A stretch of DNA of 64,000 bases from Camelus dromedarius (Eukaryota). The notes beneath the pieces were generated by a model. It did no database searches, was not told the origin of the DNA, and worked only from the letters and a program-made list of their open reading frames with translations. Positions 38,291-49,657 of this stretch are shown here, in pieces (the first letter of the stretch is position 1; the number at the start of each line of letters is the position of its first letter). A program made the position numbers and the translations under genes. The stretch lies in the NCBI RefSeq assembly GCF_036321535.1, contig NC_087438.1, positions 4,218,001-4,282,000 on the forward strand, in the 5' to 3' direction.

Positions 38291-38769
38291 TGTTGAAATC
38301 CTTCCAGATGCCCGTGTGAAGACCTACCACCATGCTTCACATCATGGACTGGTCTATCTAGACCTACCCCTATACCTCCACCCCTCACAGCTCCCACACA
38401 GCAAAGTTGGGGACGACTCACATCCCCTTTCAACACTCAGAGCCGTCTCCTTTGTTTTGAGACCATGGGGCAGATGTTGACATGTTGATACTGCGGCCTA
38501 AGTGGTGTCAGCCAAGAGGTAAGTGGTCCAGGGTTGGGGCCGTGCTGCACCCATATGGAGTGACAGGTGCTGTATCCCTAAACACATGTGCATTTGTCTG
38601 TGTTTGTTCTATGCAGAGCCGGGAGCAGAGCTCTCCTCCCCGGGGTCAAGGGCAGCACTGCCTCCTGGACTCCTCTCAGGGCCACAGGTACAGGTGACGA
38701 GGGACCATGAGCAGTGACGCTCAGGGAGGGATCTTCCTAAGAGCCAAAGCTATATCCACAGCCCACATG

Positions 38770-39560
38770 CTCATTAATAGCAGAGTAATCAAATAATACA
38801 TTTTGAATTCGTAACAACTGATACTGAATAGCCATGAAAATGAAAGAACTGGACAACCTGCGACAATGCAAGTGAACGCCACACACACAGGACGAACAAA
38901 AGAAGACAGATGTAAAAGGAAACATACTGATTGGGTTTAGGGACTGTGCCCACCAGGTATAATCATAAAGAGAAGCCAGGAATGGTCATTACGAAAGTCA
39001 GCGTGTTGGTGGTCTTTTGTGGGGATAGTGCTAGGGAGGGGACACGGGGCCTTTGGGGGAGCTGGAAGTGTTCTTGCTATAGTCTGCATGTTTGTGTCCC
39101 CTGAAAACTCAAACGCTGGAAACCTAATGACCAAAGTGATGCCATTAGGAGATGGGGTCATTGGGGGGTGATTAAGTCCTGGGGGTGGAGGCCCCTGAAT
39201 GGGATTAATGTCCTTATAAAAGAGGCCCCAGAGAGCACCTTCACCCCTTCCCCTACGTGAGGACACAGCAAGAAGTCTGAATTCAGAAAAGGGCCCTCAC
39301 CCCACCATGCAGGTACCGTGATCATGGACTTCCAGCCTCCAGAACTGTGAGAAACAAGTGTCTGCTGTTTATAAGCCGCCCATCTGCGGTGCTTTGTGAC
39401 AAGGGCCTAAGCGGCTTAAGACAGTTTTCTCTCTGAACTCGGTGGGGGTTATGTGATGTTTCCCTGGTACGTTTCACAGCATCACTTATTAAACACATGT
39501 TCATGCTTGTGCACTTGTCTGTATGTACATACTGTACTTTGAGAGAAACTATTTTTTAAG
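38770..39560 (+). mobile_element. L1ME-type 3' fragment interrupted by MLT1A
   Basis: gccatgaaaatgaaagaactgg, ggggcctttgggggagctggaagtgttct and gtgcacttgtctgtatgtacatactgtactt. Confidence 0.65.
39075..39423 (+). mobile_element. MLT1A-like solo LTR
   Basis: tgctatagtctgcatgtttgtgtcccc ... cttaagaca; TSD gttct/gtttt. Confidence 0.88.
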
Positions 39561-41514
39561 CAAATGGAGATTTTAAAAAAGGAGAGAGAGCAACTCCAGA
39601 CAACTTATTTAATCCTTCTTTCAGCAAATATTTACCCACACTGTGTGCCGGCTGCTCACAAAATGTTCAGAAGAAAATTTAATATTTGAGGTCCCATTCT
39701 GTCCTTTAAAAGGATGCCTGTTGAAGTTCCCTCCCTTCCTCTCAGCTTGTGGCCAGAAATACAGCAAAGGATACCACATGTGAGTTCACCGCTTGTAACC
39801 TGGGCCCTGGCCTTCCTGAGAGCAGATCAGAATCAGGGCTCTTTCCTAATGATGACCCTGAACAGAAAATGCAGGCATGGGTCACAGTCATTCACCAACA
39901 TCCTTTATTAAGTAACCTGCAAACGCCCCTTCCCTCAGCTTTCCAAGGGGCCAGGGGAGCTGGGGAGTGTACCTAGGGCCCCCTCCGGATCTGGCCTTGG
40001 TGCTGAACCTTCCGGAGGAAGGAGCCTGTGGATCTTTCAAATTTCCCTTGTTCTTAAAAATCTATCAGCTTTGAGGGGCGGAGGGAGGATTCTATCATCT
40101 GAATTTTGAGTTTACTATTTTAGCAGGTGATCATGGTGAAGAAGTTGACGACATAATGTAAGAAGTTCTTTCTCGTGTTTTCAGTAGGACAAAGCACCTC
40201 TCACCAAACGCCCCTTAAATCACTGTGGTGTGCAGTTCTTTTTCTAATGGATGGCGCTTCATGGTAGTCCCAAATGGACCCCAATAACGAGGCTCAAATG
40301 AGTAGTTAGCTCATAATCCCCACAAGCCTACTGTATTGGGGAGCATGTGAAAGACCGCTGGTAGACTGCGTGCAGCTGAACTCCATAGCCCAGCCTCCCA
40401 GTGGAGGTGGTCAGTCTGGCCTCTGCCTGAGAAGCAGATGACATGAATTCAAATCCTCTAACACACCATGGGCTGGTATTTCCCGTTCGCTCCTGATAAG
40501 CGGTCTCAGTCCTAAACAACCACCTTTCAACTCCAGCCATGAAGCATCATGAGCAGTACGTCCACTCAGGAAATTCCAAATAAGTGGTGAAGTTCAACAT
40601 AAATAAACGACACTTGAAGCTTAGCAGACTCTCTGTTATTATTAATTTTTTCTTGTAATCCTTAATATCTTTCTTGATTTCTCAATCTCTTTTTATAGCA
40701 TTTGGAGAACACTTTCAAAGCCCCTTTGTAGCTAATTTAATACCTATGAATTCCCCGTGGATATTATAGAAAGATCATGCAGCTTAGGAGATTAAGTACT
40801 TTACATTTTATTATAAAGGTAGAAGCTCAGAATACATAAAGGCCTATTATCTGAAGAGTACTTTCCCTGTATATAACATAAGTTATTTTAGAAGAGAAAA
40901 TTATTACGTTAAAAAGCATGTCACCATCAATAAAATAATGTGCTTAAACACAATTCAAAGATTTAAAAGTCAAGAAAATTAAGAAGAAAGTTATAATTTC
41001 AGTATGTTATGACCCTGTATTTATATAAAACTCCTTTAATGGAATTATTTTTCACACCATCTTGGACTTCTTTCATTGCTGTTCACTAACATTATCCCAA
41101 TTAGAAGTACTATTCTTGCTCTTTTGTGTTAGTTAAAGCCACTCCTCAAGAGAACTCGAAGTAAGTAAGTCTCACTAAAATTGATCTCTGCAATCCCCAC
41201 CGAGGCAAAGTGAAGTGGGCATTGTGCCTCTTTGTGCAAGGAAATGCACATCCACGAGGGGAACCCTAGGTGAAGACTGTGGCATTGTCAAGGTGAAGGT
41301 GTCAAGGTCGTTGGTCAACGGGGTCCTGGGCACTTAACAGTTCCTGGGCTAGTTATATGTCTGCAGCTCGCTGGCGAGCAGGCTGTAAACCCTGATGACG
41401 TTCAGATCAGTTGTCAGTGAGATTGCTTTCCTGGGTAGGGTCTCTCTGCGTCTCGCATAGCACCTCTGAGAGCCGTGCCCTGGACCAGCCCTGCTCACTG
41501 GTGTCCAGGTGAGG

Positions 41515-41676
41515 CTGGGAGGAGGGAAAGGTGAGGAGGGAGAGAGGGGGAGGGGGAGGAGGGGGAGGGATGGAGGAGGAGGCAAGGGGTGGGGGAGGCA
41601 GGGAGAGGGATAGAGGGGGAGGGGAGGAGGAGAGGGTGGGGGAGGAAGGAGGAGGAGGGGGAGGCAGGAGAGAGAA
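41515..41676. repeat. GA-rich polypurine low-complexity tract
   Basis: About 160 nt made almost entirely of G and A, with many GGG+ runs. Confidence 0.9.
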
Positions 41677-42249
41677 GAAGCTGTTTCACTTTGCCCATTT
41701 CCAGCACAGTTTCAAAAGCCCAAACCTAGAAAATCACTTGCTTTAAGCATCAGGTCTTATCTTAGTGGAAACGGAGAAATTGTCCACATCAGTGCCTTTT
41801 GTTTCTTCGTCAAATCATAATTTACTCAAGTGACAAAAGAGATCAATTTTTAAGAACTAGGAACATTTAGGCCTTTCAAAGAGGAGTGTGTCCCTTTTGA
41901 TATTGTACATTATCCCCTCCCAAAATGTCTTTTTTGTATATCATACCCAAAGAGAGTGCACAAAACAAAACAAACAACTTAGCAAAATATCACAAATTAA
42001 ACACCAGTGTAACCACCAACTGGGTCAAGAAACGGTCAGCACCTCAGGAGCCCCCAGGATGATGAAAGCTAGTTCATCCCCTGAGCTGAGCAGCCATCGG
42101 CAAACTTCCAGGAGCGTGAGAAGTGGAGCCTCCAGGTCACCGAGATTTGATGGGGAGGGACGGTAAAGTCAGACAAGGCTTCCTGTCAAACAAAGCCATC
42201 TTTTAAGTGAAGTTTCTTTCTGCAATTTAAGGCCTTGTGTTTCTGATGT

Positions 42250-42740
42250 CTTGTTTTGAGAAATAAATGGCTCTTAGAAGCATGGTAACCAAGGGGCAGA
42301 ACTTCCTTTGGAAACACGTTGAAAATACCTTTTCCAGCATTCCGTCCAAGAAAATTATCAGAGATACAGACAAACATTTATGTACAAAGTTGATCAAAAT
42401 GAGACTGCTTCTAAAAGGAAGACATTAGAAAAGCTTTGGAAGTATAACCCTGGGTGTGAAGCTTTGCAGCTTATCCTCAGGATGGATGTCACACAGCCAT
42501 TGTGTTCCCAGTCAGCGCTGAGCAACACGACAAAGGGCCGTAATGAGGTGTTAAGTGGGAAAATGGATTTAAAAATTCACATGAAATGGTATCACTTGTA
42601 CTTTGCAGAGGTATAATAAGGCATTTAGGGGGAAATAAAGGATATCAAGATGTAATGATTTTTTTGTGTTGGGTAAATGGTGTTTATATTCTTTTATGTT
42701 TTCCAAGTCCTCAGTAATAAGTGTTTATAATTTTATCACC
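42250..42740 (+). mobile_element. Old L1ME 3' fragment
   Basis: ccaagaaaattatcagagatacagacaaacatttatgtacaaag and gtgttaagtgggaaaa. Confidence 0.5.
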
Positions 42741-44114
42741 AAGAAAATGTTCTTCCTAGAAGGCTCTGTGCATTCATGAAATATTCCACGGGAGGAGAAG
42801 AAACCACCACTCTGGATCCTGTCTCTGTAGACCTGGGTTCAAATCCAGCTCAACACCTCACCGGAGCGTCCGGGCCACACACTTGCCTGCTGCGTGATCA
42901 GCGCTAAAGGAGGGAGGCAGTCACGCCACCTCACAGGGTGCCGAGGAGGGCACAGAATGATGCACATGAAAGCAAGAGGGAAGTGGGGGCAGCCAGCTGC
43001 TCCCTGAATACGAGGGAGTTGCGTTAACAGAGATGAATGTGTCTGTTTTTCAGGGAGACCTTGACAGTGGCATCAAATCAATAATTCTAAACACATGACA
43101 TGTTACTGAACGTGCTCCAAGGAAGGAGCAGAGTCACGTCTCAGCCACCCCGAGGCTCGCCCGTGGCCTTGGCGTCTGGGAGCCCTAACCCCTCTGTGCC
43201 CATCACCTCAAGAAGTGACTTCCTGCGAGCCTTCTGACTCCCAGGTGTAGATGTGCCCTGGTGTGGTGAGATGCCACTTTGCTTGTAAGATGACGGGGTC
43301 TGGATTTAATTGGCAGGTATCACTGAGTGTTTGTGTTCAGCCACTTCTAGATATTTGTCTGCACTAAGTGTGAATGAAGAAACAAGTACACACATGGTTC
43401 CACTGATAATGCTTTGGGGGAGAGGTGGCCCACTCACTGCTGACCGCTGGGGAGCCAGCCACAAGCTGGTGGGAAGCCTGGAGAGAGAGGAATGGGTGGG
43501 GAGCCAGGGAGCCAGGGGCCAGAGAGGTTTCTGCACCAGCCTTGGCAGCCTCCTCCCCACGGTGCTTCCAACTCAGGCTACAAGCATCGTCCCTGCAGAC
43601 ACACACCTGCTTGGCCCACCAGCCTTGCTCAAATGCTCCATGTCCCTTGCCAAGGAACTCCTCATTCTAAAGACCACAACTGCGCCCACCACCGTCAGCG
43701 GTCACAGGGTGAGACGGGCGGTTTCTCAGGCTGCAGGGCCTCTTTTCCCCAGGTTCCTGACGCACTGCATCAGGGGCTTAGCCTCCCCCACGATGAGCCT
43801 CACTGCCTGCAGGGGGCAATGCTACTGCTGGGAGAGCGCTGCGCGTGGGACCTCTGTGGAGGTCGGAGAGCGACCTGGCCCTCACACCTGAAGGATGATG
43901 CCAGGCCCTCAGAAGGCCGGGGGAGAGCCTGCACCAAGTATGAAAGGCCTGGGCGTGACGGGAGGATGCGGGCTGTGGAGGGACCGGGCTGGGCCCTCGT
44001 GGATGCTGACTTGGGCTCATTCACGCACGGGTAGCCTCACTCTGCCCCAGGGCTGGGGGAAGCTCTGCCCCACTGCTCCATGACTGGCCTCTCCCTGTGC
44101 CCCAGTTTCCTCAC

Positions 44115-44700
44115 TCGACACTCAACAAGCAGCGTCCCCAGCTGGGATCTCAGCACCAGAACGTGGCTGGGACCAAGGCAGACAGGTCCCTGCCTCTACA
44201 GAGCCGACGTGATCGAGGACAGGGGAGAGGACAAGCAGTAAACAAATAAACACGAGTATGAGCCAGATAGCACCAGCTGAAGCCGTCAAGGCCACACACA
44301 GGTGACAGGACCAGGACAGGGCGCAGGATGGAGGCGAACGGGGATGTGGGAAGTGGGCAGGGTACCGCTCAGAAGTCTGAGTGGTCCAGTAGAGCCCTGC
44401 AGAGATGAGGGAGGGCAGAGAATATTCCAGTCAGAAAGGCTTGTTCCAGGAATAAGAAGAAGGTCAGGACGACGTGAGATGAAAGGGCTAGGGTGGGGCT
44501 TGCAGCAGGAATGGGAGGTACCAGCCAGCCATCAGGGGAGAAGGGTCCAGACCATGTGAGGGCCCAAGGCCACAGCCAGGAGTCCGGTCAGTCTCAAGGC
44601 GTGGGGATGCTGACCTGATTGAGGTAGTGTGGAGACCAGGCCACAGAGGGGAGGAGGCAGGAGACTGATGAACACAACAATAAAACCTGAACCATGATGG
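44115..44700 (-). mobile_element. L2 3' fragment
   Basis: aaggcagacaggtccctgcctctacagagc, gtaaacaaataaac and ccagaccatgtgagggcc. Confidence 0.65.
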
Positions 44701-45004
44701 AGTTGTGGACACTAAACTTGAAACCATGAAGCGCCAAGGGAAGCCTGTCCCCTCAGCCTCGGGACGCTTTTCTCCTCTGACTCTGTGCCTGTCCTCCCTC
44801 CAGCCACCAGCCCTCCAGCCTTATGCCACCCTGGTCATTCTCTGAACACAGTTAGCACATTTTCCTGATGTCCGTTTGTGTGTGCTTCTCCTGCCCTCAC
44901 CTCTTCTCCACTGCTTTCCATCTTTGGGACCTGAGATCGAGTCCTCTGCTGCTCGAAAAGGCTGCCTGTGTCTTTGTCAGTCATTCCCAGCACACTGGCA
45001 CCTG

Positions 45005-45443
45005 ATGTGTGAGCTCCTGTGAGTGTAGTAACGAAGGACCACGATGTGACTGGGTGCTCTAATCAACGTAAATCCGCTCACGTGGTTGTGGAGACCAGAA
45101 GTCCAAGAGCCAGGTGTCGGCAGGATGCCTTCTGGAGGAGGAGGAAGGATCCGTTCTAGGGCTCTCTCCCAGCTGCTGGTGGCGGCCCCACACATTCCTC
45201 GACTTGTAGGTTAATGACACCCTCTCTGCCTCCTCCTCCACATGGCCTTCCCCTCTCTGTGTCTTCTGTCTCTTATAAAGACACTGTCATTGGGTTTAGG
45301 GTCCCCTCTAACCCAGAGGATCTCATTTTGGGATCCTCATCTTAATTATACCTGAAGAGACCTTTATTCCAAATAAGGTCATATTCTGAGGTTCCAGTTG
45401 GCCATGAATTCGGGGGTGGGGGGACACCATTCAACTCCCTGCA
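45005..45443 (-). mobile_element. MLT1C-like solo LTR
   Basis: ggagaccagaagtccaaga, tcttataaagacactgtcattgggtttaggg, ttccaaataaggtcatattctgagg and gggacaccattcaac. Confidence 0.85.
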
Positions 45444-46881
45444 CCCAAGTAGCATCAATGCTTCAAAGGGAGGCAGGGAAATGCTGGCTGTTGAGATCCC
45501 CAGAAGTGGACCCAAGACCATTCCACTGCCTGCTCACCCTGTCTACACTGACCTCCAGCACCTCCCAACCAGCCCTTGACCACTGGCCTACACTGATCTT
45601 GATTCTGCTCCTACATTCCTCCAGTGCAGCAGGCAGGCCAGTTGCCCCAGCTCTGACCTCATCCCATCCCAGACAGACAGCTTAGTGGTTCCACAAGAAC
45701 ATTCTAGCTAACCCTTCCCCTTTTGATCCAGGCTTCCAGAGCCCCCGTGCATACTGTTCCTCCAAAGGCAGAATCCAGGCCCTGTATTTGCTCCAGACTC
45801 CATGGCCTGGGACAGGAGGAGAGCTGAAGCCAGTGAGTTAAGAGGGTAGAGCTTGGAGACAGGAAAGACCCTGCTTCCTGTGCAGGGCTGCTTGCTCCTC
45901 CTTTGTTTAACCTTCTTCTTTCCTGCCACACAGGCTGAGCAGCATCTGCCTCCAGCTTACACTGGCTTGAATCTTCAAAATGCATTTACTGAAAACTCAT
46001 TGCCACAGTTGATTTCACACTGAGTGAAATTTCACTGTAACTCTGTCTCCTCTCCTGCCAAATTGGGAATTATGCAGCTTCCCTAATTAAAGAATTTTAC
46101 TCCATAAAGTTCTCATTTATAACTTTTCTAGAGTCCTTTGGCATTAACCCTAAGCACAATGTTAGAATCCAATTATTCAATGTCAAAATATTAGAGTAAT
46201 AATGAAGTTTGGAAACCTTTGTTGACCCAAGGATGCATTCCCTCTCAGTCCTAAGTGTAATTATTTCTCCTGGACCCACTCCTGCAAGGTGGGAGGCGGT
46301 TCCCAGGTGTTAAAATAAGCGATTTTAATGCTGAAGCCTCAAGAACATCCCTTGGTTCAAGGAGCTCATGCTTCAGGGAGCCAAATGGATCGATGTGGCT
46401 CAGCGCCAGAGTCCTGAATCCTCACTGCTCCCTTAGAAGCAAATCCAATCTCCAACAATAATGCTGACACATGAGCCTCAGAATCAAATCCCAGGAAAGC
46501 TTCCAGACAGCCTTTCTGGCTGCCACTTCCATGCAAGGAAGTCCATCCTCTGAGGCTGACTTCGGCCTGGCTTCTCAGGCAGCACACATTTAATTTTCCC
46601 AACTGTTTCTTAAGAAGGATTTCTAAAATAGAATTCTTTTCTACTACTGCTTTGATTCATTATGCACAAATAATGATGTGTGACAATGTTTAGAAATTAG
46701 TTGATGCAATGTGAGAATCAGGCTAATCATATTAGGGAAAAATGTTTCTGGAGTCTATGATGAGACAGACTCAATGCCACATGTTGAAAGAAAATGTTGA
46801 ATAAAATTGTTATTTCAGGCTAAAAGGGAGCTTGCACTTACAAAGAAGGTGGCTAGGCTGTCCCCTGCACCTTTCAAACTA

Positions 46882-47080
46882 CAATCAACCCTCTGTATCC
46901 ACAGATTTTGCACCCATGGATTCAATTGGTTGAATCCACAGATAAAAAACCTGCGGATATGGAGGGCCAACTGTATTCACTGTACTATACCTTTTTATAC
47001 AAGGGACTTAAGCATCTACATATTTTGGTATCTTTGGGAGCTCCTAGAATCAATCTCCCATGGACATCTAGGGATGACTG
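46882..47080 (-). mobile_element. MER2/Tigger-family MITE
   Basis: TA target duplications at 46880-46881 and 47081-47082; reverse strand cagtcatccct...gataccaaaat...gatgcttaagtcccttgtataaaa. Confidence 0.85.
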
Positions 47081-47734
47081 TATTTGCAGCTGAATTAAAA
47101 TTTTATCTTTTGAACACTTTGCATTAGACTCTTTTAAAAAGGAAAGTGTATATAGAAAAACATTTTGATATGGAGGAAATGTAAGATTTGGAGGACAAAA
47201 GCCTTTAGGAGATGCAGCAGACAAGAGCAGGAAGTTGGGGGCTAGTGCAAGAGATGAGTGGAAGAAAGAAGGAAGGGTGAAGACTGGAGGCATAGCAGGA
47301 TGATGGGGAATGAGAAAGTGGGGAGAAGCTTTGTGAATAGAACCATCTAAAATTAAGTTTGCATTGACACAATATTAACGCTATCATTTTTTTTAAAGCT
47401 TCCATAAAGTCTTCTACTTATTCAAATGCTTGAGTAAATGATGAATTCCACGTCCAGATCAAAGCCATGCCAATCAAGGATCTCACACACCCACTAGTAA
47501 GATATAATAATTGATTATATATAAGATATAATAATAATAACACTCAAATAATTCAATACAAGAAGCCCAAAGGCAACCCTGGCAATTCACCAACATTTTG
47601 GTGACAGCACCATACTTTCAAGAGGGTGAAATACGAGGGTAAAGTAAGCATTATACATTCAAGAGGGTGATTTAAGCAGTTCAGTCCTTGACTTGATGGA
47701 GGCAAAGTTATCCTAGCAGAAATGTGGGTAAAAT

Positions 47735-48020
47735 GGTGATGATGGTGGTTATGATGACCATGATTTTGACAATGATAATGAAGGACATGATGGTGATGGT
47801 GATGATGATACTGTTGGTGACGGTGATGATCACCATCATGACTTTGACAGTGGTGATACAATGATGGACATGATGGGGATGCCAATAGTGGTGGTGATGA
47901 TGATGAGCACGGAGATGGTAACAATGGGTGATGATGGTGATGATGACATTGTTGGTGATAGTGATGACGACAGTGATGAGGAACATGATGGTAGTGGTGG
48001 TGAAGACGGTGATGATTACA
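47735..48020. repeat. Degenerate (TGA/TGG)n trinucleotide repeat
   Basis: About 285 nt of gatgatggtggt-type units. Confidence 0.9.
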
Positions 48021-48200
48021 GCTACCACCTTTGAGTGCTTATTGCATGTTAGATCCATGATAGCTTAAGTTATTGAATTTAATAGTCACACTATATAAAC
48101 TTGGTCTGTTGCTTCTGCCATTTTTGTAGATGAAATGATAATAGGTTTGTCATCTAACTAGAAAGGGACAGAGAAGATATTCAAAGCCAGACTGACCTTG
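48020..48200 (-). mobile_element. MIR fragment
   Basis: agctaccacctttgagtgcttattgcatg, ccatttttgtagatgaa and gatattcaaagccagac. Confidence 0.6.
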
Positions 48201-48684
48201 ACTCTGGAGAATTTTCAGTCTTTCTGAAACAACAAGAAGTCGGTCCACAGTGGGAATGTACCTTGGAAGTAAGTCACTGGGCGAGTCCTGGGCTTCTGAT
48301 GTGAGGCCGGTTACCTGAAGAAAGAGACTGGAGCAGGAATCCTACACCTGTTAAGGCCGTACCTAGTGTAAGCGCTGTGTAGGTGCACACCGTTTACTGC
48401 CTACGGGAGACTACTGCCTTAGAGGCAGAACAAGAGAAAATGGTCTAGAAGAAGAGGGAGAGGTGGCAAGTGGAGAGGTACTCCGGAGCTGTTTGTACCT
48501 AAATGGGAGAAGCTGAAGAGAAGGCAGAAAACAGCCACAGCACATCCACAGGGGTCCTGCAGCCTTCGCCTCCCCTCACTCAGAGTCCCCGCCCTCCTAC
48601 CTTCTACCCTTCCACCTCCAGAGTCTGCAGCGTTCAGTAACCTAGTGCACTACTGGGGCACCAACCGCAGCAGGGGGCAGACTA

Positions 48685-48822
48685 AGCACAGGGTGCCTAC
48701 TTGTGTTTGGATTTCACAAGGACAATAAATACCTTTTGGTAGAGTTGTGTCCCATGCAGTATTTGGGAAATCCACATTTAACTGGGCATCCTCATATTCT
48801 TCTGCTAAATCTGGCGACCCTA
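48685..48822. mobile_element. MER53-like hAT MITE (partial)
   Basis: atttaactgggcatcct...tgctaaatctggcgacccta terminal sequence and central gtcccatgcagtatttggga. Confidence 0.7.
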
Positions 48823-49107
48823 TTCTTTACCATAACCAACGTCTTTCTATTGTGCCACTTCCCTCTACTGCTCATTAATCCAGGAGATGGAAGAGGAGAA
48901 AATTCACTGTGTTTTCCCACAAATTCAGACTCTCGAACACTGGGACTGGAGATGAAGGGCAGGACAGATTGGATTGTCTGCCTAATTTTTGTGTGGTCGG
49001 GGCCAATGTAAGATGCCTGTGAGAGGTTCTTATTTAAGACTGCCACGTGTGTGTGGAGGCAGTGGGGATGGGGGTTGAACTTATCTTGGAAAATCATTCG
49101 CCGCTCA

Positions 49108-49228
49108 CTCATTCACTCGTTCACTCAACAGCTGTTGGGCGCGCTCTCTGTGCCAGACAGCCCGCTAGGCTCGGGCTGCCTTGAAAGTGACAACAAATAT
49201 GTTCTCTCCCTCCGTGGAGGTCACACAC
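49108..49228 (-). mobile_element. L2 3' end
   Basis: ctcattcactcgttcactcaacagctgttgggcgcgctctctgtgccagac. Confidence 0.6.
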
Positions 49229-49657
49229 TGTTAGGGGCTGAGCTGCATCCCCTAAAAACGTGTGTGCTGGAGTCCTAAAGCCCCAGTACCTGGGAAAGTG
49301 CCCTCATCCGGAAATGGGGTCTTTGCGAGGAAGTCAGCTTAAAGTGACCCCTTCACTTTGGGCCCTAATTCAACATGACTGCTGTCCTTGCAGAAAGGGG
49401 AAATCTGGACACAGAGACAGGCAAGCACGATGGAAGACGGCGCGAAGCATCTACCAGCCAAGGACCACCTGGGGCTGCTAGCAGCTCAGGGAGAGGCCTG
49501 GGAAAGTGCCATCAGCAGCACCTCCAGGGGGAGTGTGGCTCTGCTGACATCGTGATCTCAGACTCCTGGCCACCATATCAGGAGACAGTAAACTGCTGCT
49601 GTTCTAAGCCACCCAGTTTGTGGCACTGTGTTACAGCAGCCCTAGGAACTTAAAACA
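49229..49657 (+). mobile_element. MLT1C-like solo LTR
   Basis: tgttaggggctgagctgcatcccc ... ttacagcagccctaggaacttaaaaca; TSD cacac/cacat. Confidence 0.85.

Noticed and set aside
40128..41160. Two plus-strand micro-exon candidates (31 nt near 40127 and 28 nt near 41133)
   Set aside because: Splice sites look good, but joining them in the protein-like frame gives an immediate stop. This shows exon-like patterns arise by chance here and tempers confidence in the minus-strand chains.
43310..44034. Overlapping 193-aa and 180-aa ORFs
   Set aside because: GC-rich stop-poor DNA open in several frames on both strands, partly L2-derived, with no domain recognised.
47553..48058. His-rich and Ile/Thr-rich ORFs
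   Set aside because: Translations of a trinucleotide repeat.
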